A stretch of 64,000 nucleotides of DNA from an uncultured Trueperaceae bacterium (GCA_963727505.1 CAVSGP010000002.1:160001-224000); one strand, 5' to 3'; counted from the first letter of the stretch, positions 9,609 through 19,070 are shown. The notes: a model not told the origin generated them from the sequence alone. Translations and numbers: made by a program.

Positions 9609-10612
9609 ACGCACGGCCGGTGGCCGTGGTGGGCGCCGGGGTGGCGGGCCTGTCGCTGAGCTACGCTCTCGGCCGCCAGGGCGTGCCGGTGGTGCTCTTC
9701 GAGCGCGGCCGCATCGGTGCTCAGGGCGCCTCGTCGGGTCCCGCCGCGCTGCTCAACCCCTACCGCGGACGCAGCGCCCGCGCGCACGAGGACGACCTCG
9801 CCGGTCTGGCCGCGTTCTGGCGGCGGGACCGCGCGTTGCGCGAGCAGGGGTTGGATCCTGGAGCCGAGCGCACCGGGGTGCTGCGGATCGCACCCGACCC
9901 GCGCCGGGCGCGGGCCTGGCGGCAACGGGAGGGCGCGCGCTGGCTCGAGCCGCAGGACGTCCAGGCACCCTATCGTGCCCCGCACGGCGCACTGCTCGCC
10001 GAGGACGGGGGCTGGCTGCGCCCGCGAGCGCTGCTCGCCGCGCTTCACGAGGCGGCGACGGCGCGCGGCGCCGAGGTGCGCGAGGGAGTGCGGGTGCTAC
10101 GGCTCGAGCCGACGGCCGACGGCATCCGGCTGGTGACCAGCGCCGGCCCGAGCACGGCTGCGCTGGTGGTGCTGTGCGTCGGGGCCGACGCCTCGCCGGA
10201 ACTGCCGCTGCCACCACTGCGCCACGTCGCGGGGGAGGTGGTCGAGGTCGCGACCGACGGCCTGACACCACCGCCCCGACTGCCGCTGGGCGGATCGGTG
10301 TACGCCGCCTTCGAGGGGGGCCGCGGCTACGTCGGCGGCAGCCATCGCGACCCCGAGGTGCCCGACCCGCAGGCACCGCGACGGCTGCTGGAGCGGCTCG
10401 ACAGGACGCTGCCCGGTATCGGTGCCGGCCCCGGGCTGGCGCTCTGGAGCGGCGTCCGCGCCAGCGGCGACACCCCCAGGCCACTGCTGGTCGAGCGCGC
10501 GCCGCGCGTCACCTTCTTCGGCGCGCTGAGCGGGAGAGGGTTCCTGGTCTCGGCGTTCCTGGCCGAGAGGCTCGCACATGAGCTGGTCGCGCGGCTGGCG
10601 CGCGAGGGCTAG
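9605..10612 (+). CDS. FAD-dependent oxidoreductase (DAO family, MnmC C-terminal-like)
   Basis: VAVVGAGVAG; GASSGPAALL; ALSGRGF; GTG overlaps the mnmD stop. Confidence 0.75.
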   Translation: MNARPVAVVGAGVAGLSLSYALGRQGVPVVLFERGRIGAQGASSGPAALLNPYRGRSARAHEDDLAGLAAFWRRDRALREQGLDPGAERTGVLRIAPDPRRARAWRQREGARWLEPQDVQAPYRAPHGALLAEDGGWLRPRALLAALHEAATARGAEVREGVRVLRLEPTADGIRLVTSAGPSTAALVVLCVGADASPELPLPPLRHVAGEVVEVATDGLTPPPRLPLGGSVYAAFEGGRGYVGGSHRDPEVPDPQAPRRLLERLDRTLPGIGAGPGLALWSGVRASGDTPRPLLVERAPRVTFFGALSGRGFLVSAFLAERLAHELVARLAREG

Positions 10613-11007
10613 GCCGGCGCCTCGCTCGCCACGCCGTAGAGTTCGTCCGCGAGGCGGTAGAGCATCGCCTTGGTGAAGACGCGCTTCCCCTCTGCCAGGT
10701 TCTCGCCGTCCGGCGCCAGCGTCAGCTTGCGATAGGCGTGGGACTCGTAGGGGTGGAGCACGACTTCCTTGAACACGGCCTTGCGCGGGCTGGCGTTCAC
10801 CAGCACCACCGGCTTGCTCCCCTCGTCGGACAGGCTCGCCGACATCACCGTGGTCGGGAGGTCGTAGGGACGCTCCATACGGTAGATGTAGTCGGTGAAG
10901 TCGGCTTCCTTCTCGAAGCGAGCGCCGGGGCGCTCCGCGGCGTAGTCCCTCATCCACTGGAGCAGGCTCGCCCACGCCCGGTAGAATGCGCGGTCCTTCT
11001 CGTCCAT
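10609..11007 (-). CDS. nqo15: NADH-quinone oxidoreductase subunit 15 (frataxin-like fold)
   Basis: W..LL.WMR.YA and RFEKEADF.DYIYRMERPYDLPTT.M.ASLSD match Thermus Nqo15 as I recall it. Confidence 0.88.
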   Translation of the reverse strand: MDEKDRAFYRAWASLLQWMRDYAAERPGARFEKEADFTDYIYRMERPYDLPTTVMSASLSDEGSKPVVLVNASPRKAVFKEVVLHPYESHAYRKLTLAPDGENLAEGKRVFTKAMLYRLADELYGVASEAPA

Positions 11008-11074
11008 GGCTCCAGTCTACGGCAACCGGCCCCCGCGGATGCGGGGCGCCTGCGCACGCGGTCCCGCGCTCGCT

Positions 11075-11749
11075 CTAGAGCCCGAAGCGCTCCTCGAGCA
11101 GGGCGCCGAGCGCTTGCGGGTCGCCGGCGGCCGGAACGCCCAGCCGCACGCCCTCCTCGGCAGGGCCCATCAACACCGCCCGCATCCCGTAGGCGAGCGC
11201 CCCTTCCACGTCGGCGGAGGCCGAGTCGCCGATCATGACCGTCTCGCTCGGCAGCGCTTCGAGGCCGGTGCAGGCTAGGGAGAAGATGCGCGCGGCGGGC
11301 TTGCGCCTGCCGACGTCGGGATCGCCCGAGACCAGCACGCTGCGGAAGAAGCCTTCGAAGCCCAGGCCGGCGAGCGCCGCACGCTGCATGTCGACAGCAC
11401 CGTTGCTGACGAGCGCCATCGGCACGCCGCGGTGCCGCAGCCGCGCCAGCAGCGCAGCCGCTCCCGGCGTAGGGCGCACGTCCTCGGCGTAGGCGCGAAG
11501 GGCCGTGCGCGTCAACTCCTGCAGGTCGCCGGGCGCACGTTGCTCGAGCCGGACCAGCGCTCGCCGGAGGGCGCTCTCCAACGTGAGCGGACCGTCGCGC
11601 GAGAGCTCGTCGGTCACGACCTCCGCGAAGCGGTTCAGGTCGCAGCTGTGGAGCAGGAGCTCGTGGCGAAGGAGCGCCAGGAAGGAGCGGAAGTCCCCGG
11701 CGTAGGCCGCCAGGGTGCCGTCGAGGTCGAAGCAGAGCGCCCGGATCAC
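11075..11749 (-). CDS. HAD-IA family hydrolase
   Basis: FDLDGTL; LVSNG; RKP; MIGDSASADVEGA. Confidence 0.85.
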   Translation of the reverse strand: MIRALCFDLDGTLAAYAGDFRSFLALLRHELLLHSCDLNRFAEVVTDELSRDGPLTLESALRRALVRLEQRAPGDLQELTRTALRAYAEDVRPTPGAAALLARLRHRGVPMALVSNGAVDMQRAALAGLGFEGFFRSVLVSGDPDVGRRKPAARIFSLACTGLEALPSETVMIGDSASADVEGALAYGMRAVLMGPAEEGVRLGVPAAGDPQALGALLEERFGL

Positions 11750-11815
11750 GGCCTCAGCCTACCCATTCCGCCCCGCGGACGGTGCCCATCCGGGCGCACG
11801 GTAAGATGACCCGTT

Positions 11816-14068
11816 GTGCCGGAACACGAGTTGCTCGAACCCCTGAACGACGAACAACGTGCTGCCGTACGCCACTTCCAGGGACCCGCGCTGGTCCTGG
11901 CTGGGGCGGGGTCGGGCAAGACCCGCACGGTGGTGCACCGCATCGCCTACCTGATGGCCGAGCACGGGGTGTACCCCCAGCAGATCCTCGCTGTGACCTT
12001 CACCAACAAGGCGGCCGGGGAGCTGAAGGAACGGGTCGCGGCGCTCATCGGCGAGCCCGCGCGCGACCTGTGGGTCGCCACCTTCCACAGTGCCTGCCTG
12101 CGGGTGCTGCGCAGCTACGGCGAGCGCATCGGCCTGCAACCCGGCTTCGGGATCTACGACGACGCCGATCAGCTCGATCTCCTCAAAGAGCTCCTCCAGC
12201 AGGTGCAGGGCCTCAAGGACGCCAACCCGCGGTCGCTGCGCGGCGTGATCGATCGCGCCAAGTCGCACCTGTGGTCGCCGCAGCAGCTCGCTACCGAGGG
12301 CGAGCAGGCGTTCGGCCGCATCGTCGCGGGCGTGCCGCTGGAGCACGTAGTGGAGGTGTACGAGCGCTACCAGGCGCGCCTCGAGCGGGCCAACGCGGTC
12401 GACTTCAACGACATCCTGGGCCGCACCGTGGAGCTGTTCGAGGGCCACCCCGACGTGCTCGAGCGCGTTCAACAGCGGGCCGTGTTCATCCACGTCGACG
12501 AGTACCAGGACACCAACCAGGCGCAGTACCGCCTCACCCACCTGCTCGCCGACACCTACCGCAACCTGATGGTGGTGGGCGATCCCGACCAGAGCATCTA
12601 CGCCTTCCGGGGTGCCGACGTGCGCAACATCCTCGACTTCCAGCGCGACTACGAGGACGCCGCGGTATACCGGCTCGAGCTCAACTACCGCTCGGTGGGC
12701 AGCGTGCTCGAGGTCGCCAACGCCGTCATCCTGCACAACCAGGGGCGGCTGGAGAAGAACCTCCGGCCGATCAAGGGCGCGGGCGCCAAGGTACGCCTCT
12801 ACCGCGCCGCCGACCACCGCGCCGAGGCCGACTTCGTAGCCCGCACCGTGGAGCGGCTGGCCGCCGAGCGCGACCTTCGGCTGGACGACGTCGCGGTGCT
12901 CTACCGCACCAACGCCCAGTCGCGGGTACTGGAGGAGTCCCTGCGGCGCGCCGGGCTGAGCGCGCGGATCGTGGGCGGGGTGGGCTTCTACGAGCGTCGC
13001 GAGGTGAAGGACGTGCTGAGCTATGCGCGCGCCGCGCTCAATGCCTCCGACGACGTCTCCTGGCGCCGCATCCTCAACCGGCCCAAGCGCGGCATCGGCA
13101 AGACTTCGGAGGACAAGCTCGTGGCGTGGGCGGCCCGCAAGCGCGTGCCCTTCTCCGAAGCGCTCAAGCACGTGGATGACGCGCTCAACGGCACCCCTGC
13201 CGTCAAGCGCGTGCAGGACTTCCTGGAGCTGATGAACGATCTGACGCGCGAAGCCGAGGAGCTGCCGGCCGCGAATTTCCTCAAGGCGGTGATGGACCAG
13301 TCGGGGACCATGCGTGCGTTCAAGGAGGAGGGCAGCTACGAAGCCCAGGGGCGGCTCGAGAACCTCGAGGAGCTCCTGAACGCCGTAGCGGAGTGGCAGG
13401 AGGAGTCCGGCGGCTCCATCGCCGAGTTCCTGGACGAGGCGTCGCTCATGAGCAGCGTCGACGACCGAGCGGTCGAAGCGGTCAACGGCGAGGTCGAGGA
13501 CGATGCGGTCACCCTGATGACGCTCCACAACGCCAAGGGGCTCGAGTTCCCGGTGGTGTTCCTGGTCGGCATGGAGGAGAACCTCATCCCCCACCGCAGC
13601 TCGACGGGCAACCTCCAGGAGATCGAGGAGGAGCGGCGTCTGCTCTACGTCGGCATCACCCGGGCGCAAGAGGATCTCACCCTGGTCCACTGCGAGGCGC
13701 GCATGACCTTCGGTCGCACCGAGATCGCGCGCCCGAGCCGCTTCCTGGAGGACATCCCGAACGGGATGCTGCAGGAGGTCGACATCTTCGGCCAGGAGCT
13801 GGCGGACGCGCGCCACCTCGCCAAGAGCCTGCGGCAGCGCTGGAAGCCGCCCAGCGCCCCCGCTTCGGCCTCTGCCGCGGCAGCCGCCGGCGCGGCGACC
13901 GCGGGACTCAGCTACCGGGGCGGCGAGAAGGTACGCCATCCCAAGTTCGGGCTCGGCACCGTGGTCGGGGTGAGCGGCGAGGGCGCGCGCGCCGAGGTGA
14001 CGGTGGTCTTCGACAGCGCCGGGGCCAAGCGCCTCCTGGCGAAGTACGCCAACCTCAGCGCGGCCTGA
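11816..14068 (+). CDS. pcrA: ATP-dependent DNA helicase PcrA/UvrD
   Basis: AGAGSGKT; VDEYQD; VGDPDQSIY; NYRS; TLHNAKGLEF; EERRLLYVGITRA; C-terminal Tudor-like RHPKFG.G. Confidence 0.93.
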   Translation: MPEHELLEPLNDEQRAAVRHFQGPALVLAGAGSGKTRTVVHRIAYLMAEHGVYPQQILAVTFTNKAAGELKERVAALIGEPARDLWVATFHSACLRVLRSYGERIGLQPGFGIYDDADQLDLLKELLQQVQGLKDANPRSLRGVIDRAKSHLWSPQQLATEGEQAFGRIVAGVPLEHVVEVYERYQARLERANAVDFNDILGRTVELFEGHPDVLERVQQRAVFIHVDEYQDTNQAQYRLTHLLADTYRNLMVVGDPDQSIYAFRGADVRNILDFQRDYEDAAVYRLELNYRSVGSVLEVANAVILHNQGRLEKNLRPIKGAGAKVRLYRAADHRAEADFVARTVERLAAERDLRLDDVAVLYRTNAQSRVLEESLRRAGLSARIVGGVGFYERREVKDVLSYARAALNASDDVSWRRILNRPKRGIGKTSEDKLVAWAARKRVPFSEALKHVDDALNGTPAVKRVQDFLELMNDLTREAEELPAANFLKAVMDQSGTMRAFKEEGSYEAQGRLENLEELLNAVAEWQEESGGSIAEFLDEASLMSSVDDRAVEAVNGEVEDDAVTLMTLHNAKGLEFPVVFLVGMEENLIPHRSSTGNLQEIEEERRLLYVGITRAQEDLTLVHCEARMTFGRTEIARPSRFLEDIPNGMLQEVDIFGQELADARHLAKSLRQRWKPPSAPASASAAAAAGAATAGLSYRGGEKVRHPKFGLGTVVGVSGEGARAEVTVVFDSAGAKRLLAKYANLSAA

Positions 14069-14221
14069 ACACAGCCGCTTCTCGCCCTCCCCGAGGACGT
14101 TCCCGTGCTGGCTTCATCGCCGACCGGGAGCGCTCCCGGCGGTGGTATAGTTCCCCAAGTCCGCGGGAAGACGCGTCGTTTCGGTGCCCCGCCGGGCGCC
14201 GGCCGAGGAGGAGCAGCTACT

Positions 14222-15031
14222 GTGAACGCTAGAGCCATCGTCGTGACGTCCGGCAAGGGCGGCGTCGGCAAGACGACCACGACTGCCAACGTTGGCGCGG
14301 CGCTCGCCCGGCAGGGGGAGAAGGTCTGCGTCATCGACACCGATGTGGGCCTGCGCAACCTCGACGTGGTGATGGGGCTCGAAGGTCGCGTGGTGTTCGA
14401 TCTGATCGACGTGTTCGAGGGTCGTTGCCGGCTGCGCCAGGCCCTGGTCCGCGACAAGCGCGTCGACACCCTCCACCTTCTCCCTGCCTCGCAGACCAGC
14501 GACAAGAGCGCGCTCTCCGAATCACGCATGCACGAGACGGTCCGCCTCCTCACCGAGGAGGAAGGCTTCGACCGCGTCATCATCGACAGCCCGGCCGGCA
14601 TCGAGTCCGGCTTCCAGACCGCGGCCAGCGCCGCGGACGGCGCGTTGGTGGTCGTCAATCCCGAGGTGTCGAGCGTGCGCGACGCCGACCGCATCATCGG
14701 GCTTCTCGAGGCGCGCGACATCTCCGACATCCGGCTGGTGGTGAACCGGCTGCGGCCCGAGATGGTCAAGCGCGGCGACATGCTCGAGGTCGACGACGTC
14801 CTCGACATCCTCGGGGTCAAGCTGATCGGCATCGTTCCCGAGGACGAACGCATCCTGGTCTCCACCAACGTCGGCAGCCCGGCCGCCCTCGACGAGGCGA
14901 CCCGCAACGGTGCTGGCGGCGCCTTCCGCGACATCGCCAGCCGCATCCGGGGCGAGGACGTACCGTACGCCCAGCTTCAAGCCCAGGGGCGCTTCTTCAC
15001 GGGGCTCCGGCGGTTGTTTGGAGGCAACTGA
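14222..15031 (+). CDS. minD: Septum site-determining ATPase MinD
   Basis: SGKGGVGKTT; GLRNLDVVMGLE; DSPAGIE; C-terminal amphipathic FFTGLRRLFGG; GAGGAGG RBS. Confidence 0.95.
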   Translation: MNARAIVVTSGKGGVGKTTTTANVGAALARQGEKVCVIDTDVGLRNLDVVMGLEGRVVFDLIDVFEGRCRLRQALVRDKRVDTLHLLPASQTSDKSALSESRMHETVRLLTEEEGFDRVIIDSPAGIESGFQTAASAADGALVVVNPEVSSVRDADRIIGLLEARDISDIRLVVNRLRPEMVKRGDMLEVDDVLDILGVKLIGIVPEDERILVSTNVGSPAALDEATRNGAGGAFRDIASRIRGEDVPYAQLQAQGRFFTGLRRLFGGN

Positions 15032-15273
15032 TGTTCGGTCTCTTCGGGCGCAAGCGCAGCAAGGACCACGTCAAGGAACGCCTCAAGCTGGTGCTCTCGT
15101 ACGACCGGGCCAAGCTCTCGCCCGGCCGCATGGAGCAGCTCAAGCAGGAGCTGATGGGCGTCATCACCAAGTACTTCCCTGCCGCCGAGTCGGATTACGA
15201 CGTGAAGCTCGAGCAGCACGGCGACCGCATGGTGTTCGTCGCCAACCTCCCGCTCTCGCAGGCCGACGCCTAG
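15031..15273 (+). CDS. minE: Cell division topological specificity factor MinE
   Basis: SKDHVKERLKLVLSYDR; ANLP; TGATG overlap with minD. Confidence 0.92.
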   Translation: MFGLFGRKRSKDHVKERLKLVLSYDRAKLSPGRMEQLKQELMGVITKYFPAAESDYDVKLEQHGDRMVFVANLPLSQADA

Positions 15274-15286
15274 CACCCTGCGGCCT

Positions 15287-16045
15287 TCAGGTCGAGTGTC
15301 GCCCGCCCCGGCCCGATAGCGCGTACCGCACCCCGGTCGCCACCAGCAACACCGCGAACAACCACCGCAGGGTGTCGTTGGGAAGCGCCAGCGCCACACG
15401 GCCGCCCAGGTAGGCGCCCCCCGCCACGCCGAAGGCCAGGACCGGCGCCACACGCAGGTCCACGTGGCCGTGCCGCAGGTGCTGCAGGCTCCCGGCCAGC
15501 GCCGCCGGCACCATCACCGCCAGACTGGTTCCCTGCGCCGTGTGTTGCCCCACGCCGAACAGCAGCACCAGCAGCGGGACCATCACCGAGCCGCCGCCCA
15601 CCCCCAGCAGACCGGACACCGCACCCGCCAACAGGCCCGTGCCGAGACCGAGCGGCAGCGCCCAGGCCGCGGCGACCGCGTGGGCCGGCACCAGCGCGTC
15701 GAAGGGCAGGCTGGCGCCGGTGACGATGACGAGGACGCCGAAGACGCGCCGCAGCGCTCGCGCCGGCACGCGCGGGCTCAGACCCGCCGCCAGCGACGAG
15801 CCCACGATGGAGGCGCACGCCAGCGCCAGCGCCAGCCGCACCGCCACCGCGCCTCCGAGGGCGTAAGGGATCACGCCGACCAGCCCCGTGAGCACCACCG
15901 CCACCAGGCTGGTGCCGTGGGCACGGTGCTGCGACAGCCCCAACCAGGCGCCCAGTAGCGGCACCATCACCACGCCGCCCCCGAGACCCCCGATGCCACC
16001 GAAGATGCCGGCGGCGACGCCGATCAGCAGTCCCTGCCACGCCAT
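15287..16045 (-). CDS. Sulfite exporter TauE/SafE (TSUP) family protein
   Basis: Duplicated G.GGG.VMVP and AHGTSL/AQGTSL motifs; TACCAT lies 7 nt before the ATG. Confidence 0.85.
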   Translation of the reverse strand: MAWQGLLIGVAAGIFGGIGGLGGGVVMVPLLGAWLGLSQHRAHGTSLVAVVLTGLVGVIPYALGGAVAVRLALALACASIVGSSLAAGLSPRVPARALRRVFGVLVIVTGASLPFDALVPAHAVAAAWALPLGLGTGLLAGAVSGLLGVGGGSVMVPLLVLLFGVGQHTAQGTSLAVMVPAALAGSLQHLRHGHVDLRVAPVLAFGVAGGAYLGGRVALALPNDTLRWLFAVLLVATGVRYALSGRGGRHST

Positions 16046-16093
16046 GCGGGCCATGGTACAGCAGGAGCGCATGGTATCCTCGAAGGCGTAGCC

Positions 16094-16960
16094 ATGCCCT
16101 CCCGAACGATCCTCCTGGTGGATGCTGACCCTCTGCAGCGTCAGCTCGTCGACATGCTGCTGGCCGAGGACGCTCCTACGGTCGTGAACGCCGGCACGGG
16201 GCGTGAGGCGCTCGAGTTCCTCAAAGAGCACACGCCGCACCTGGTGCTCATGGCGATCGAGCTCCCCGACATCGGCGGCGACGCGGTGTGCAGCAAGCTC
16301 AAGAGCGTCAGTCGCCTCGCGCGCGTGCCGGTGATCCTCACCCTCGACCCGCCGGGGCGCGCCGGCATCCCGCAAGACGTCCGCGAACGGGTCCGCTTGG
16401 TGGGTGCCGACCTGCTGATCCAGAAGCCGCTGGGCGACAAAGGGCTGCGCGACCGCGTCCGCCAGCTGCTGGCCCGCTGGGACGCCCCCGCCGTGGCCAC
16501 CGGCCGTTCCACCAAGAACACCGGCGTCATCGAGGAGGCGCTCGACGCCCTGAGCGCAACGGGCAGCGACGACGCGCAGGCGACGCCGCCGCCCGATCCC
16601 ATCACCGACGCGCTCTACCGGGAGAACGAAGAGCTGCGGCAGGAGGTGGCCTCGCTCAAGCGCCGGCTGGCGCGGTTCGAGGCCGGTCTATCCGGGGTTG
16701 ACGACGCCACCGAGCCGGCACCGGACATCGTAGCGGGATCCGAGCCCGCGATGCCGGCGCAGCCCGCGGCGCCCGACGACCCCGAGGAGCCGCCTGCCGG
16801 GCGCCCCGGCGACGTGCCCGAGAGCACCGTCGAAACGCTGGAGCATCGCGTGCGGGAGCTCGAACGCCGCAACAAGGCCCTGCGGGCCGCGCTCGAGGAA
16901 GCGGAGGCTCACGGTGAGGAGAACCAGGGCCGCGGGCTCTTCAAGCGGCGCCGACCCTGA
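16094..16960 (+). CDS. Atypical response-regulator receiver domain fused to coiled-coil/acidic tail
   Basis: ILLVDADP; LVLMAIELP (Ala at the phospho-Asp position); PVILT; IQKP; two coiled coils. Confidence 0.78.
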   Translation: MPSRTILLVDADPLQRQLVDMLLAEDAPTVVNAGTGREALEFLKEHTPHLVLMAIELPDIGGDAVCSKLKSVSRLARVPVILTLDPPGRAGIPQDVRERVRLVGADLLIQKPLGDKGLRDRVRQLLARWDAPAVATGRSTKNTGVIEEALDALSATGSDDAQATPPPDPITDALYRENEELRQEVASLKRRLARFEAGLSGVDDATEPAPDIVAGSEPAMPAQPAAPDDPEEPPAGRPGDVPESTVETLEHRVRELERRNKALRAALEEAEAHGEENQGRGLFKRRRP

Positions 16961-17022
16961 GGCGCGGATGGCGACGTGCGGATGCTGAAATGCGGAGCGC
17001 CCGGCGCGAACGCCGCGCGCGG

Positions 17023-17385
17023 CTAGGTTGCGGCGGGCTCGCTCACTTCGTCGACTTCGGGCAGGTGCGTCAGCGCCCAGCCGCGGATCGACTCGATGAC
17101 GTTCTCGAGCGCCAGGCCGGCCTCCGTGAGATCGTAACTGCAACGCGGCGGCGTCACGGAGTGCACGGTCTTGTAGACCAGCCCCCGCGACTCCAGCCGG
17201 CACAGGCGCTGCGTCAGGGTGGTCGGGTTGCAGCCCCCCACCTCGCGACCCAGCTCGTTGAAGCCCTTCGGGCCTCCGAGCAGGGAATGCACGATATGGA
17301 GCACCCACTTCTCTTGCAGGATCTCGATCGCTGCGCCTGCAGGGCAGCTTCGCACATCGTGTGGGTCGTGGCAGCGCTCGTTCAT
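17023..17385 (-). CDS. HxlR family winged-helix transcriptional regulator
   Basis: CP....EILQEKW; GPKGFNEL; TLTQRL..LE..GLV; PPRCSYDLT..G. Confidence 0.9.
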   Translation of the reverse strand: MNERCHDPHDVRSCPAGAAIEILQEKWVLHIVHSLLGGPKGFNELGREVGGCNPTTLTQRLCRLESRGLVYKTVHSVTPPRCSYDLTEAGLALENVIESIRGWALTHLPEVDEVSEPAAT

Positions 17386-17569
17386 GACTATGTTTTGAAT
17401 CTAGCACGTACTCCCGGGCGCCCGACCCCGCCAGCCAACATGCGTCGGACACGGCACGAACGCCGTCCAACGAAGGGACGTACCTCCCTCTCGATCGCCT
17501 CGGGCCGGTGCTACACTACGCTCACCAGGCGACCTCGCGACCTCTGGCGAAGGGCCCGAAGGGAGCACC

Positions 17570-18112
17570 ATGAACATCTACAAACTCATCGGTCGCAATA
17601 TCGACATCACCGACTCCATGCGCCAGTACGCCGAGGACAAGTTGCAGAAGCTCGACCGCTTCTCCGACCAGATCGTGGACGCCCGTGTGGTGATGTCCTA
17701 CGACGGCAAGGCCACGGGCGCCAGCGGCGCGAACCCGGCGAAGGTCGAGGTGCAGGTCAACCTCGCCAACGGCATCGTGCGTGCCGAGGAGCGAGGCCAG
17801 GACACCTACGCCGCCATCGATCTGGTCGTCGACAAGCTCGAGCGGCAGCTCAAGAAGTTCAAGGGCCGCTTCATCGCCAAGCGCACCGAGGAGAAGCCGC
17901 AGCCCGAGCCCCCGGAGCCGGCCGAGACGGAGCCCGCGATCGTGCGCGTCAAGCGCCACGTGCTACGGCCGATGGCCCCGGAGGACGCCGCCATCCAGAT
18001 GGAGGCGCTCGGCCACACCTTCTTCATGTTCCACAACGCCGACACCGACGAGATCAGCGTCATCTACTTGCGAAGCGACGGCGACTACGGGCTGATCGAA
18101 CCCGCCAACTAG
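17570..18112 (+). CDS. hpf: Ribosome hibernation promoting factor (long HPF/RaiA)
   Basis: GRNIDIT; DTYAAIDLVVDKLERQLKKFK; C-terminal EDAAIQMEALGHTFFMF and YLRSDGDYGLIE. Confidence 0.92.
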   Translation: MNIYKLIGRNIDITDSMRQYAEDKLQKLDRFSDQIVDARVVMSYDGKATGASGANPAKVEVQVNLANGIVRAEERGQDTYAAIDLVVDKLERQLKKFKGRFIAKRTEEKPQPEPPEPAETEPAIVRVKRHVLRPMAPEDAAIQMEALGHTFFMFHNADTDEISVIYLRSDGDYGLIEPAN

Positions 18113-18145
18113 AGCGCTCCGGCGCCGCTCGTTCGCGAACCGCGC

Positions 18146-18745
18146 TCAGCGGTTGAGCACGGTTCCGCTGGGGACTGCGTATAGCGCGCGCAGCGTGGCG
18201 ACGTCTCGTTGGGAGATGCGGCCGGAGGGTGACGCCGACAGGGCGTCGCCGCTATAGGGGCTCCGGCCGATCATGCCCACCGCTTGGCCGAACGCCAGCA
18301 GCGCGTAGCGGTAGACCTGGTCCGGCTGGAAACGCGGGTCCAGGATGACCTCGGTGGCGTGGAACCGGTACTGGTTCTGCGCGTTGATGGTGAAGCCGTA
18401 GCGGTAACTGGCGACCTTGTCGGTGAGTTGCTGCCAGGTGACCGTGATGGCGTCGGGCGTGTCCTGCCCCACCACCACGAAGTTCAGGATATCGGGGGCA
18501 GCCTGCTGCCAGGCCTTGATGGCGCGGAGGACGGCGTCGCGCATGGCCTGGCCGTTGGCTTCGGGCGCCGGCGTCACGTACACCGCGATGGGCATGTCCT
18601 GCGAAAGGTAGTGCAACAACCGCGCCTGACCTCCCGTGCTCGAGGGGTCCGAGGCGATGTCGGAGAGATAGGTCGGGGGGCTCTGCTGGGCCGAAGCCAC
18701 GGCCAGCGCTACGAACGTGAACAGCAGGGCGAGAACTCGCCGCAT
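18146..18745 (-). CDS. Secreted matrixin-like protein lacking the zinc-binding motif (putative pseudoprotease)
   Basis: Signal peptide MRRVLALLFTFVALAVASA; AVLRAIKAWQ; ALLAFGQAVGMIGRSP aligns to HEFGHALGLxGHS; ISQRDVATLRALY; GGAGGTG RBS. Confidence 0.72.
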   Translation of the reverse strand: MRRVLALLFTFVALAVASAQQSPPTYLSDIASDPSSTGGQARLLHYLSQDMPIAVYVTPAPEANGQAMRDAVLRAIKAWQQAAPDILNFVVVGQDTPDAITVTWQQLTDKVASYRYGFTINAQNQYRFHATEVILDPRFQPDQVYRYALLAFGQAVGMIGRSPYSGDALSASPSGRISQRDVATLRALYAVPSGTVLNR

Positions 18746-18759
18746 CGCTACACCTCCAC

Positions 18760-18995
18760 TGCGGCGCCTTGCTGCGCCGCAGGAACGCACCCACCGCAGC
18801 CCCCGCGAAGGCGAACCCTCCGACATGCGCCCACCACGCAACGGCGTAGGCGCCGGGCTGCACGAGCGCGACGTGGGTCGTGGCCCCGACCGACTGGACC
18901 AAACACCAGTAGCCGATGAGCAGCCACGCCGGACACCACAATAGGAAAAAGCGCGGCACCCGGGCGAACAGCGGCAACACGAGCCCGGGCAGCGC
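18760..18995 (-). pseudogene. C-terminal fragment of a rhomboid family intramembrane protease
   Basis: PAWLLIGYWCLVQ...VAWWAHVGGF; no N-terminal half, no GxSG, no nearby stop codon. Confidence 0.6.
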
Positions 18996-19070
18996 GCGGC
19001 GCAGATGGGCGCGGCGCAGATGGGCACGGCGCACTGGCAGCGTGGATCCGCGAGGCCCGCGGCGCGTGCG

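Noticed and set aside
14222..15273. minDE without adjacent minC
   Set aside because: An unlinked minC is common; absence from this window is uninformative
17387..17405. Radiation/desiccation response motif upstream of the HxlR gene
   Set aside because: Only a weak, poorly palindromic resemblance
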